Virus record (IMG/VR): IMGVR_UViG_3300042560_001229
Coordinates: 17,220-81,219 of that record
Source of the DNA: a virus
Reading direction: 5' to 3' (one strand)
DNA length: 64,000 nt
Below are positions 9,557 through 18,493 of the stretch, piece by piece. Both the position numbers and the translations under genes were made by a program. How positions within the stretch are numbered: the stretch's first letter is position 1; every line of letters starts with the position of its first letter. The notes beneath the pieces are model-generated. The model was given only the letters and a program-made list of their open reading frames with translations. It did no database searches and was not told the origin of the DNA.

Positions 9557-10152
9557 AGGAGGCGGGCGGAATCCACATGGCCTCGCACGGTCGCAGGCTG
9601 GTGCTGGTGCTGACGGATACGATGGGCAGTCAGGCATTGGCCCAAGCACTGATGGAGGGTGATTCGTCGGTGGTGCAGATAAGCACGCAGGAGTTGTCCC
9701 TCTACCGGCAGTTTGATCGTTTCGCGCTGGTGAGGAATCCGGTGCAGCGACTCGCCAAGGCTTACCGGCACCATGCCGATGAGTTGCTGGCTGGTGACTC
9801 GGCGGTTGGGTCGTTCGAGGATTTCACCAAGGAGATGTGCCGCAAGATAGCGCATGGCCTCCAGCCGAAGGATGTGACCGCCACATGGTTCAGTTACGTG
9901 CTCTCGCAGTTCGGCTACATGCAGCGAGGAACTGACTGCGAAGTGGATGGGCTGTTTGATCTGGCGCAGGCGAACGTGTGGCTCCCCTACCTGCAACGCC
10001 GGTATGGTCTGGCGGATATTCGGCTGGATGATTCCATCGGGCAAAATAGCGGCCCGTTGTCCACTCCCACCCTCTCCATCATCCAAAAGACTTACGCGCA
10101 GGATTACGCCATCCTCAGCGAATTAAAAGACGCTCCCTTCGTCGTTCTCTAG
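9553..10152 (+). CDS. Sulfotransferase-family-like protein (degenerate)
   Basis: FALVRNPVQRLAKAY and IQKTYAQDY resemble Sulfotransfer_2 motifs. Confidence 0.55.
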   Translation: MKEAGGIHMASHGRRLVLVLTDTMGSQALAQALMEGDSSVVQISTQELSLYRQFDRFALVRNPVQRLAKAYRHHADELLAGDSAVGSFEDFTKEMCRKIAHGLQPKDVTATWFSYVLSQFGYMQRGTDCEVDGLFDLAQANVWLPYLQRRYGLADIRLDDSIGQNSGPLSTPTLSIIQKTYAQDYAILSELKDAPFVVL

Positions 10153-10210
10153 GACGTTTTGGCTTGCCTCCGGGGTCGGATGGCTTAACAGTCGCGCAAA
10201 CCGCACTCCG

Positions 10211-11515
10211 ATGGCAAACCTACTCCGCAGACGCACCAAGGAATTTTCCAGCAAGAGGGAGGCTGCGGAGGCGTCACGCATCCAAGATCGCAAGGAGCAC
10301 AGCTACATTGAGCAGCGGTTGAAGATTCCGATTTCGCGGCTGGGAGACATAAATTCGTTCCTGAGTGTGGGCAGCAAGAAGGTGTGGGCATCGTTCCGCG
10401 CCTGCCATCTGGTTGCCTCCCTAATCATGTCCACGGAGTTCAAGCTGGTGAAGCCCGATCAGCCGGAGTGGAAACCCAAACCCGGCGACCCGCAGGACGA
10501 CTTCCTCAGCAACCCGAACCCCTTCGATTCGTGGAAGGAGATGCTTTACCTGTGGACGTTCCACATGAAGCTGACCGGGCGGGCGTATTGGATGAAGGAT
10601 GAGATTAACGGCATGGGTCAGCCGAGCGCGGTCTATCCGATGCTGCCGCAATACATGAAGATCGTGCCTGACGCGAAGAAGGGCATCGGCATGTTCATTT
10701 ACAGCGTGAACGGCAAGGAGATTTCACTGACCCCCGAGGAAGTGATTTACTTCCGCCGACCGTCCGCGATCAGCCTGATTGAAGGCATGGGTGACGTGGA
10801 GCCGAGTCAGGACTTGTATAACGACTTCATCAATCGCAGCACGTATTCGGAGAAGTTCATCGAACACGGCGCACAGCCTTCCGGCATCCTGACCCTCAAG
10901 GAACCGATGGATGACGAGGAGCAGTGGGGCAAACTCAAGGACTGGTGGAACCGGGAATACAGCGGCAAGCAGAACGCAGGCAAGACCGCCTTCCTATCCG
11001 GCGAGTGGAGCTATCAGCAGCTTGGACTTACCCATCAGGAGATGCAGGCGGTGGAGCGGGATACGATGACCGTGAATCAGATATTTATGAACCACGGTGT
11101 TCCGCTCTCCATTGCGGGCATCCAAGGTGCGGCGAACTACGCCACGGCGCGGGTGGATGAGATGAACTTCCGCAAGTATGAAATCGTGCCGTTGCTGGAG
11201 TTGTTCATCGGCAAGCTGAACCGTTCCGGTGCGCTGTTCACGAACTTCGAGGAAAGCACGCAGATTGCCTACAACCTCTCGGGGCTGATTGACGTTGAGC
11301 AGGTGACGAGGGACTACGGCCCGCTCGTGAGCATGGGAGCCATGACCCTCAACGAGTATCGGGAGAAGGCCGGACTGCCGAAGATTGACAATCCGTATCT
11401 CGATCAGTTTTTCATCCCGTCCAGCTTCACGCCGCTGGAGATGGCCGGACTGACGGATGTGCCGCCAGCCGAAGCCACGGTGAAGCGTTTGGTCAGGGAA
11501 GCAATGGGGAGGTAG
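10211..11515 (+). CDS. Portal protein (HK97 family)
   Basis: NPNP, LTGRAY, EEVIYFR, GAQPSGIL, NAGK, GVPLSIAG, ANYATA, TLNEYR. Confidence 0.93.
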   Translation: MANLLRRRTKEFSSKREAAEASRIQDRKEHSYIEQRLKIPISRLGDINSFLSVGSKKVWASFRACHLVASLIMSTEFKLVKPDQPEWKPKPGDPQDDFLSNPNPFDSWKEMLYLWTFHMKLTGRAYWMKDEINGMGQPSAVYPMLPQYMKIVPDAKKGIGMFIYSVNGKEISLTPEEVIYFRRPSAISLIEGMGDVEPSQDLYNDFINRSTYSEKFIEHGAQPSGILTLKEPMDDEEQWGKLKDWWNREYSGKQNAGKTAFLSGEWSYQQLGLTHQEMQAVERDTMTVNQIFMNHGVPLSIAGIQGAANYATARVDEMNFRKYEIVPLLELFIGKLNRSGALFTNFEESTQIAYNLSGLIDVEQVTRDYGPLVSMGAMTLNEYREKAGLPKIDNPYLDQFFIPSSFTPLEMAGLTDVPPAEATVKRLVREAMGR

Positions 11516-11518
11516 GCT

Positions 11519-14500
11519 GTGCCCTGCTCCCACCCGCACCATCGTCTGTCATCCAGCAGGGTGTTCTCCCTACTGAGGAAGTCCCATGCTCCCGAGGGGG
11601 GCTGGAACGCTGCGAACTACCACGGAGTCCACGCGGAGCGGCTGGTGCAGGATTTCATCAAAGTCCACAAGACCGCACAGGCGAGAGGCATCCGCTCGCT
11701 GACGGAGTATCTCAAGGCGAAGTTCAAGGAGTTGGTGAACATCGTCATTCAGGAAGTCACGGAGCGGAAGATTCGGCTCGGTCAGACGAAGGGTCTTGCA
11801 ACTGTTGCAAAAGCACTGGAGTTCACGGTGAATCCTGCCGGTGACAGCAATCTGTGGATGGAGGCCATTGCCGGTGCGATGCGGGACTACGATAAGGAAG
11901 TGATCGTGGAGATGCTGCCTCGGATGCAGAGCGTAGCCTCCGAAGTGTTTGGCAAGACCACGGTGCTGCTCGGCGGTGAGGTAGGGAAGGACGCTGCGAA
12001 CATTGTCCATGCTGAGATGAAAGACTTGGCCAAGCTGGTCACGCGCATCAATGAAACGACGCGCAACCAGATGGCGACGATCATCCGAGAAGGCATCGAA
12101 GCCGGTGACTCTGTGAGCGGGGTGGCACAACGGCTGCGGGATGCCCTTCCGCAAAAGCTGTGGCCGCGCATTCCCACCATTGCCCGCACGGAGATGGGCA
12201 GGGCTGCGGACAAGGGCAGTGCGCTGGCCATGATGAAGTCCGGTGTGGTGAAGACGGTCATGGTCATCGGCTGCAAGGCCATTGAGCCGGGGATTCCCAC
12301 TTATCATGGGGTGCCGACTTGCAACATCGAACACGTCCCGGTTGAGGACGCCGCGCTGCTGCAATTCCACATCAATCACACCGGGACGATTGTGCCGGAG
12401 TCGTTCTTCGATGATGACCGCGCACCCGCCTCCCTACCACCTTTGGATTCACCGGCAGATGAGTTGAAGCTGGCGCGTGGTGCGGAGGGCAGTTTGTCTT
12501 CAAGGCCGATTGAATTTGCCGGTGCGGAGGAGGCTGAGTTTCTGGCCAAGGAGTTGGCCGAGGATAACATCCTCATTCAGCCCACCGCGTTGAAGGCCAT
12601 GCAAAGTGGCTTCGGCATGTCGCCGGTCGCGCTGAGAAATGCCTTGATGGAGGATGCGGTGCCCAAGGATGGCTACCTTCCGGCGAAGATGATTATGACC
12701 CAGCAGGAGAAGGGTCTGTGGAGCATCCTGTCCAAGATTTGCCCGGTGAAACCCGGCAAGGCCGAAGGCGATGATGGATGCAACACTTTGGCGATGGTCT
12801 ATGACCTAAATGAGAAAGCGGTCGGGCAGGGCATCCACACCATGCACGAAACGATAAAGGCCAAGGCTGTTGGCAAGCAGGCGTTAGCCAACCATTTGGC
12901 CACGATGGATTCGCTCGGCATCAAGAAGATGAGTCTGGAGGCAAACATTGACAAAGGCGGGTTTGCATGGGCGCGTTACGGATTCGTGCCCACCGACCCG
13001 AACGGGCTGGCTGGGCAGTTGCTCAAGAAATACACGAGCGCGGTATTCGACTCCCTGCCTAAAGCCGATGCTAGTCATGTGTTGGGTCTTATCTCCCGGC
13101 TGACGATGGGTGATGCCAAGGCGGTGTGGGAGATCGCCGCTTTGAAAATGACCGGCCCCGGTGGGATGGGAATTGGCGATTGGTTGTTGCGCGGAACCAA
13201 GTGGCAGGCGCAACTCGATCTGACGGACAAGGTGGCCTACAAAATGTTCAAGAAGTATGTGACTGACAAGGGAGTGGCCTCTGCTGGTGTTGCGCTGCCG
13301 CCGAAGATTCTTCCTGCAATGGTGCCCAAGCCGCTGAGTGCCCCGGTAGTCTCTGCGGCACCCATCAGCATGTCCGGGGTGCAGTTCCCGACCATTGCGG
13401 AATTGAAGGATACAGGCACGCGCATCGGCGGAACTACTGGTGCCCGACTCATGGTGGACTCCAAGGGCAAGCGGTGGGTGCTCAAGGATGGCCGTGGGGC
13501 TGTTGGAACCATCACGGAGGAAGTTCACGCTGACAATGCTTACCGGGCGATGGGCGTGAATGTGCCGAACAGTATCCTGATGACCGAGGGTGGAGTGACG
13601 GTCAAAATCTCCGAGTTCATGGAGGGAGGGGTGACGCTGAACGACTACGCGCTCTCGGCCAGCAAGGGAGACATCGCGGCGATGTATGCCAAGATCAGGA
13701 AGGGCTTTGCCGCTGATGCGCTGCTGGGAAATTGGGACGTGATTGGCATGGACGCTGATAACATCCTCATTGTGAAAGGCGTCCCCTATCGGATTGATAA
13801 CGGTGGGTCGCTGCGCTACCGGGCGCAGGGTTCCCTCAAGGGAGCCGCGTGGAATGAGCATCCGGTGGAGTTGTGGACGATGCGTGGCGAACGCTTCTCA
13901 TCTGGTGCCGCTGCACAGGCCAAGAAGGTGTTCGGTGAAATCGGGGACAAGGCGGAACTGACCATTTATGATCTGGCACGGCAGATTGATGCCATTGATC
14001 GCAAGGCGTTGCTGGAGTCGCTGCCCGAGGAGTTGCGGGACACGGTGGGCAAGCGTCTGACCTCCCTAAAGTCCATCGCAAGAAAGGCCAAGGATTACGA
14101 AAAGGATGACTGGAATCATGGCAATACTGACCGTGTGACCTTTGGCATAATGGAGTTGCGAGAGGCAGGTATATCGAAGAAGCTGGAGAAAACACTGGAT
14201 TTTGCTAAGAGCAGGGGTGTTAGACGCGCTAGCTGGGAGATGACGGATGACGCAGGCAAGTCGTTTGGTGGTCTGCGGGACAAAGGTGGTGCCGGTCAGG
14301 AGTTTTGGGATTTGCTGAGAAAGAAGCATGGGCCGGAGGGCGTGGATGTCTTGCGTGCGTGGCACAATGCACAGGCTGGTGGTTCGTGGAGTCCTGAGTC
14401 CGTTGGCTTGAAACATTGGCTCACTAATCAGAGGCACGCCATCGCCGGGAAAGTTGAACGCTATTGGGGTCGTGGGAATATAACCACGGAGATGGCCGAG

Positions 14501-15016
14501 AACCGATGGAAGGATATGTGCAAGGTCGCCGGTATCAGCACGGACGAGGCTGGCAAGGTGTTCTCCTTCTATCATGCCTTTGTGCAAGAGCAGCTTGGGG
14601 TCATTGATCTGCCAAACAACGACCGGGCGCGTAGGGTGGTGAGGCTGCTACGGACTGAGGAAGCCAGCACGTTATCGGCTGCAAAAATATCCGTTGGGGA
14701 CAAGAACCGGCCTCTGCGCCGTGGTAAGAATGAGTCTTCCTCGCTGGTGCATCCCACCACACCCGCTGGCAATGAACTGACCGTTCAAGTTGTTCCGCAT
14801 ACCCGAGTGACTGGTTCGTATCTCGGAGGAAATCAAAGCGGTGGCAGTTCTTTTCTTGGTGATGAGGAAAATGAGTTCACCTTCATCCCTGACAAGATTC
14901 CGGTTAGTTATTTAGGGACGGTGCGTTATGATGATACCAAGTGGGACGGTGATTTTGGCCGGGAAGCTACGGATTGGGGACTCAGCCTCGACCATCTGGC
15001 CCATCTTAACGATTGA
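11519..15016 (+). CDS. MuF/SPP1-gp7 head morphogenesis protein fused to GNAT-like, PI3/4-kinase/HipA-like and ADP-ribosyltransferase-like domains
   Basis: Follows portal; INETTR..IARTE..HIN MuF core; GGFAWARYGF; GGTTG..WVLK..DALLGNWD..DN..RIDNG; LLRTE..NESSS..EENEF. Confidence 0.8.
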   Translation: MPCSHPHHRLSSSRVFSLLRKSHAPEGGWNAANYHGVHAERLVQDFIKVHKTAQARGIRSLTEYLKAKFKELVNIVIQEVTERKIRLGQTKGLATVAKALEFTVNPAGDSNLWMEAIAGAMRDYDKEVIVEMLPRMQSVASEVFGKTTVLLGGEVGKDAANIVHAEMKDLAKLVTRINETTRNQMATIIREGIEAGDSVSGVAQRLRDALPQKLWPRIPTIARTEMGRAADKGSALAMMKSGVVKTVMVIGCKAIEPGIPTYHGVPTCNIEHVPVEDAALLQFHINHTGTIVPESFFDDDRAPASLPPLDSPADELKLARGAEGSLSSRPIEFAGAEEAEFLAKELAEDNILIQPTALKAMQSGFGMSPVALRNALMEDAVPKDGYLPAKMIMTQQEKGLWSILSKICPVKPGKAEGDDGCNTLAMVYDLNEKAVGQGIHTMHETIKAKAVGKQALANHLATMDSLGIKKMSLEANIDKGGFAWARYGFVPTDPNGLAGQLLKKYTSAVFDSLPKADASHVLGLISRLTMGDAKAVWEIAALKMTGPGGMGIGDWLLRGTKWQAQLDLTDKVAYKMFKKYVTDKGVASAGVALPPKILPAMVPKPLSAPVVSAAPISMSGVQFPTIAELKDTGTRIGGTTGARLMVDSKGKRWVLKDGRGAVGTITEEVHADNAYRAMGVNVPNSILMTEGGVTVKISEFMEGGVTLNDYALSASKGDIAAMYAKIRKGFAADALLGNWDVIGMDADNILIVKGVPYRIDNGGSLRYRAQGSLKGAAWNEHPVELWTMRGERFSSGAAAQAKKVFGEIGDKAELTIYDLARQIDAIDRKALLESLPEELRDTVGKRLTSLKSIARKAKDYEKDDWNHGNTDRVTFGIMELREAGISKKLEKTLDFAKSRGVRRASWEMTDDAGKSFGGLRDKGGAGQEFWDLLRKKHGPEGVDVLRAWHNAQAGGSWSPESVGLKHWLTNQRHAIAGKVERYWGRGNITTEMAENRWKDMCKVAGISTDEAGKVFSFYHAFVQEQLGVIDLPNNDRARRVVRLLRTEEASTLSAAKISVGDKNRPLRRGKNESSSLVHPTTPAGNELTVQVVPHTRVTGSYLGGNQSGGSSFLGDEENEFTFIPDKIPVSYLGTVRYDDTKWDGDFGREATDWGLSLDHLAHLND
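11795..11811. repeat. 17-bp palindromic dispersed repeat (intragenic)
   Basis: CTTGCAACTGTTGCAAA, encodes LATVAK. Confidence 0.9.
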
Positions 15017-15053
15017 CGATTAAACGGTTCTAGTGTATGGTTTGACCTATATG
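15013..15053 (+). promoter_or_regulatory. Promoter for genes downstream of the MuF fusion
   Basis: TTGACG 15013-15018, TATGGT after a 17-bp spacer, ATG at 15051. Confidence 0.65.
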
Positions 15054-15458
15054 GATATTACCAAAGTGACTGCTGACGAAGAAGGGCTGGTTGTCGAAAG
15101 TGACATCGGCCAGATGCTCATTGGAGGAAAACGCTACTTCTTGGAGGCAGGAGTTACGATGCTGTTTATCACGAAAGGCCCGCCCGAACCGAAGGTGGTT
15201 GTTCCTAGTGTGGATGGAAGTTCGTCGGTTGTCCTGTCGGGGACGACCGACCCGCAGTTGGTGTGCCTTGCCCGCAGGGGATGGTCTGCACACCAGATGG
15301 TGCCTATGCCTGACGAGTTTCCGGTGCCAACGGTGGGTGAGTCCACGGCTGAACTGGCCAGCGGACAGGACGTGAATGGTGAACCGTGGCCGGTGCCGCG
15401 ACTGCCCGCTGTTCCATTGGAGGAAGCACTGGCTGCGGCCAAGAAGGAGGGCAACTGA
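15051..15458 (+). CDS. Hypothetical protein (candidate immunity/partner of the MuF enzymes)
   Basis: Directly downstream of the fusion with its own promoter. Confidence 0.6.
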   Translation: MDITKVTADEEGLVVESDIGQMLIGGKRYFLEAGVTMLFITKGPPEPKVVVPSVDGSSSVVLSGTTDPQLVCLARRGWSAHQMVPMPDEFPVPTVGESTAELASGQDVNGEPWPVPRLPAVPLEEALAAAKKEGN

Positions 15459-15459
15459 A

Positions 15460-15852
15460 ATGTGGGTAGCCTCGAAATACGGTTTCTTCTCCATCGTGAA
15501 AAAGGACGGCGGCTGGCACATCCGCGCTCGCAAGGCGGCGGATTTGAAACTGTTGCAAAAAGCCGTGGGCAGCACGTTCGCCGGGGAGAAGATTCACCTG
15601 ACCCCGGATGCCGACTACTGCGCCCGCATCTTCATCACCGACCATTCGGACGGTCGCGGTGCGGTGCAGATTGACCGCATCATGTCCGCGCTGGGTGAGT
15701 CCGTGGACTACGGAAACTTCAAGAGCATGATCGCTGAGACTCCCGACCAGCAGGATAAGTTGCCCGCCTACCATCGCATGTGGAGTGCAATGTTTGACTT
15801 CCAGATGAGCATGGCATCGCGTAAGGTCAGGACATGGCTGAAAAGAATCTGA
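15460..15852 (+). CDS. Conserved phage hypothetical protein
   Basis: MWVASKYGFFSIV..IRAR..DY..R..DYGNFKS pattern; AAGGAGG upstream. Confidence 0.75.
   Translation: MWVASKYGFFSIVKKDGGWHIRARKAADLKLLQKAVGSTFAGEKIHLTPDADYCARIFITDHSDGRGAVQIDRIMSALGESVDYGNFKSMIAETPDQQDKLPAYHRMWSAMFDFQMSMASRKVRTWLKRI
15543..15559. repeat. 17-bp palindromic dispersed repeat (intragenic)
   Basis: TTTGAAACTGTTGCAAA. Confidence 0.95.
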
Positions 15853-16064
15853 CCGCAGGCCCGTATGCCCTCGACCCCGAAGGGCAGAAGATTGATGCGT
15901 TCTTTCACGAGGCGATGCTGGAATCGAAAAGTGGCACGCTGGCCTCGGACTACGCGGCGATTCAGCAGGGCATGGCGAACGGACTCTCCCTAGCCCTCGC
16001 GGTGCGCTATTACGCTTCTCCGGTCACGAAGGAATGGCTGACTGTGAAGGGCGTAAAGTTTTGA
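15834..16064 (+). CDS. Hypothetical protein
   Basis: ORF in operon context. Confidence 0.55.
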   Translation: MAEKNLTAGPYALDPEGQKIDAFFHEAMLESKSGTLASDYAAIQQGMANGLSLALAVRYYASPVTKEWLTVKGVKF

Positions 16065-16123
16065 GTTGACGAGTTTCAGAATGTGCCGCAGTCTCGCGTT
16101 GCTCAACCAACCAACTACTTTTT

Positions 16124-16480
16124 ATGGCCAACGAAATTACGGTATCACTGCAATTCAACGTATCGAAGAACGGAGCCTCGGTAACGGCGTCACCTTCCAT
16201 CACGCAAACCATGTCTGGAAATCAGATGATTTCCAACGTGCAGGCGGTTGGCACATCCAACGAAGCCCTGTTGCTTGGCGACGTTGTGCCTACTGGCTGG
16301 ATGTTCGTCAAGAATCTGGACAGCACGAATTTTGTGGAAGTGTTCCTCGACAATGCCAATGCCGAGCTTGCGGCCAAGCTGCTGCCCGGTGAGTTCTGCC
16401 TGCTCAAGCCCGGTGCGGCCATCTACGCTCGTGCCGACACTGCCGGTTGTGATTGTCAGGTCATCGCCATTGAGTTGTAA
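16124..16480 (+). CDS. Small beta-rich putative virion protein, paralog of 4325-4693
   Basis: Shared MANE, KNLD.TNF and GEF motifs. Confidence 0.75.
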   Translation: MANEITVSLQFNVSKNGASVTASPSITQTMSGNQMISNVQAVGTSNEALLLGDVVPTGWMFVKNLDSTNFVEVFLDNANAELAAKLLPGEFCLLKPGAAIYARADTAGCDCQVIAIEL

Positions 16481-16485
16481 GCCGT

Positions 16486-16502
16486 TCTGCAACTGTTGCA
16501 AA
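16486..16502. repeat. 17-bp palindromic dispersed repeat
   Basis: TCTGCAACTGTTGCAAA. Confidence 0.9.
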
Positions 16503-16510
16503 AATCCACC

Positions 16511-16807
16511 ATGAACTTCGTTCAATGCAGATTCGTCGGTAAGCCCTCATGTGTGGGCAGGCATGGGATGCTGGAGTTCGGTGACGTGGTGACGCTCAGT
16601 GCGAAGGAGTTCCTGTCTGCCAAGCGCGGCCCGAGCGCGGACGATTGGGAGAGGCTGCGGGATGTTGACAAGCCACAGGCTCCCATTCGCGCTTCCGAGG
16701 CGGTGAAGGTCGTGGAGACGCAGCCCGACCCCGAAGTGCTGCACGAGAAGGCACCGGAGGTTGAGCTTCCGACCAAGGTGGAGACGCGCAGGAAGCACCG
16801 GAAGTAA
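16511..16807 (+). CDS. Hypothetical protein, N-terminus similar to 26930-27397
   Basis: FVGKP..GRHG...GDVVTL vs YIGAP..ARHG...GDTIYM. Confidence 0.6.
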   Translation: MNFVQCRFVGKPSCVGRHGMLEFGDVVTLSAKEFLSAKRGPSADDWERLRDVDKPQAPIRASEAVKVVETQPDPEVLHEKAPEVELPTKVETRRKHRK

Positions 16808-16813
16808 GCTGCC

Positions 16814-18277
16814 ATGCGACGGCTGATCGTCCGCAAAGCCCATCCCGGTGACGGGGCCAGCAGTGCCTACTACCAGACCGATGGGCCGATTCCCCGGATA
16901 GTGGTCGTTAAGGCGAACCCGAATCACGACCCTGCTACTGGCCGGTTCACGTCGGCTGGTGGAGGAGGCGGTGGTGGTGGTTCAGCGAATGAGCGGACTC
17001 GTGATCGTATTGAAGGGACACAGGCCGAAGCTGATCGTGAAGTAGCCAAGGCCGGTGCCGTGGTTAAACGGATTCGTGGCAAGCTGGATGCAGTGAAGGC
17101 ACGGCGAGACGCGCTGGACACTCCACCCTCTATCGTCAGTCAGCTTACGGCGGCGTTGAGCAGCGCCACTGCCAAGCGCAAGGCACTGGAAGCTGAGGGT
17201 GAGAAGATCAATGCGCGACTCGCCGCACTCAAGGCCCAGCTTGCCGCCTTGAAGAAATCCCTTGGTGATGATTTTGACCAGTTGCTTACGGATGCGATGG
17301 CATGGCGTATGGGGTGCGAGTCACTGGAGAGCTACTTGTCCGAACTGCTGACTACGAAGGCTCCAAGGCTGGTCGTTTTCAAAGCAGGGAACCCGAATCA
17401 CGACCCGGTTACTGGCCGTTTTACGTCTGCCGGTGGTGGCGGGTATCTCCACGCCACGACTCGCGGTGCGGACGGCAAGCTGACGATGAGCGACGGCTCT
17501 CCCCTACCTTCCCACATCGCTGCATTGAAGATTCCGCCGAAGTGGGCTGATGTCGAAGTGAACAAAGACCCGGCTGGTGGGTTGCTGGCACAGGGCAAGG
17601 ATGCCAAGGGCAGGGTGCAGAGTGTTTATGGTGAGAGCTTCATTGCGAAGAAGGCGGCGCAGAAGTTCGCCCGCAACACCGAACTGATGGCCAAGGAATC
17701 CAAGGTCGTTTCGCAGATTAACGACAATCTCAAGAGCAGTGATGCCAAGACGAGGGAGAATGCTGCCGCGATGAAGGTCATTCACTCCACCGGCATCCGA
17801 CCCGGCAGTGACAATGACACCGGGGCCAAGGTGCAGGCCTACGGAGCCACGACGCTGGAGGGCAGGCATGTCGTGGTCAACGGGGAGAAGGTCAGATTGA
17901 AGTTCACCGGCAAGAAAGGCGTGGCCTTGGACATCCCGGTGGATGACCCGGTTGCCGCCAAGATTCTGCGGGAGCGCAAGGAGGCAGCGGGCAAGAAGGG
18001 AAAGATTTTCCAAACCAACGATGGCTCCCTACGCGAGTATAGTCACACGCTCGGCGGTGGCAGTTTCAAGCCCAAGGATTTCCGCACGCTCAAGGGCACG
18101 AACGAGGCACTGGCGATGGTTGGCAAGATGAAGGCACCCAAAGGAGAGAGTGCCTACAAGAAAGCGGTCAAGGCGGTGGCCACTCACGTAGCCAATAAGC
18201 TGGGCAACACAGCGACCGTGGCGTTGCAGAGCTACATCAATCCCGTTGTGTTTTCGCATTGGAGGGAAGCAAAATGA
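16814..18277 (+). CDS. DNA topoisomerase IB with an N-terminal extension carrying two NPNHDPxTGRFTS motifs and a coiled coil
   Basis: IPPKW..GKDAKGRVQ..Y; catalytic GIRPG, FTGKKG, KDFRT, LGNT, SYINP. Confidence 0.9.
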   Translation: MRRLIVRKAHPGDGASSAYYQTDGPIPRIVVVKANPNHDPATGRFTSAGGGGGGGGSANERTRDRIEGTQAEADREVAKAGAVVKRIRGKLDAVKARRDALDTPPSIVSQLTAALSSATAKRKALEAEGEKINARLAALKAQLAALKKSLGDDFDQLLTDAMAWRMGCESLESYLSELLTTKAPRLVVFKAGNPNHDPVTGRFTSAGGGGYLHATTRGADGKLTMSDGSPLPSHIAALKIPPKWADVEVNKDPAGGLLAQGKDAKGRVQSVYGESFIAKKAAQKFARNTELMAKESKVVSQINDNLKSSDAKTRENAAAMKVIHSTGIRPGSDNDTGAKVQAYGATTLEGRHVVVNGEKVRLKFTGKKGVALDIPVDDPVAAKILRERKEAAGKKGKIFQTNDGSLREYSHTLGGGSFKPKDFRTLKGTNEALAMVGKMKAPKGESAYKKAVKAVATHVANKLGNTATVALQSYINPVVFSHWREAK

Positions 18278-18438
18278 GCGAACCATTGTTACCGTCTGAC
18301 CCGCATTTCGGCTACGCGGACAAGCCGCTTCCAGACTGGCGTAATGAACTGGACGAACCCGACCCCGATGACGAGGAGTTGGAGGAGACGCCTGCCGATG
18401 TCATTCTGATTTTGGGTTTCGACCCGAAAGACCTTTAG
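18274..18438 (+). CDS. 54-aa acidic protein coupled to the TopIB gene
   Basis: ATGA overlap; MSEPLL...DEPDPDDEELEETPADVILILGFDPKDL (not in the ORF track). Confidence 0.65.
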   Translation: MSEPLLPSDPHFGYADKPLPDWRNELDEPDPDDEELEETPADVILILGFDPKDL

Positions 18439-18493
18439 TTTCTCGTTGACTTGCGACGGGGCGGTGGGAAAGATTCGGCAATAAACCGGAGCC

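Noticed and set aside
17440-18277. Tyrosine integrase / prophage
   Set aside because: The motifs are those of TopIB; no att sites, repressor or host genes are seen
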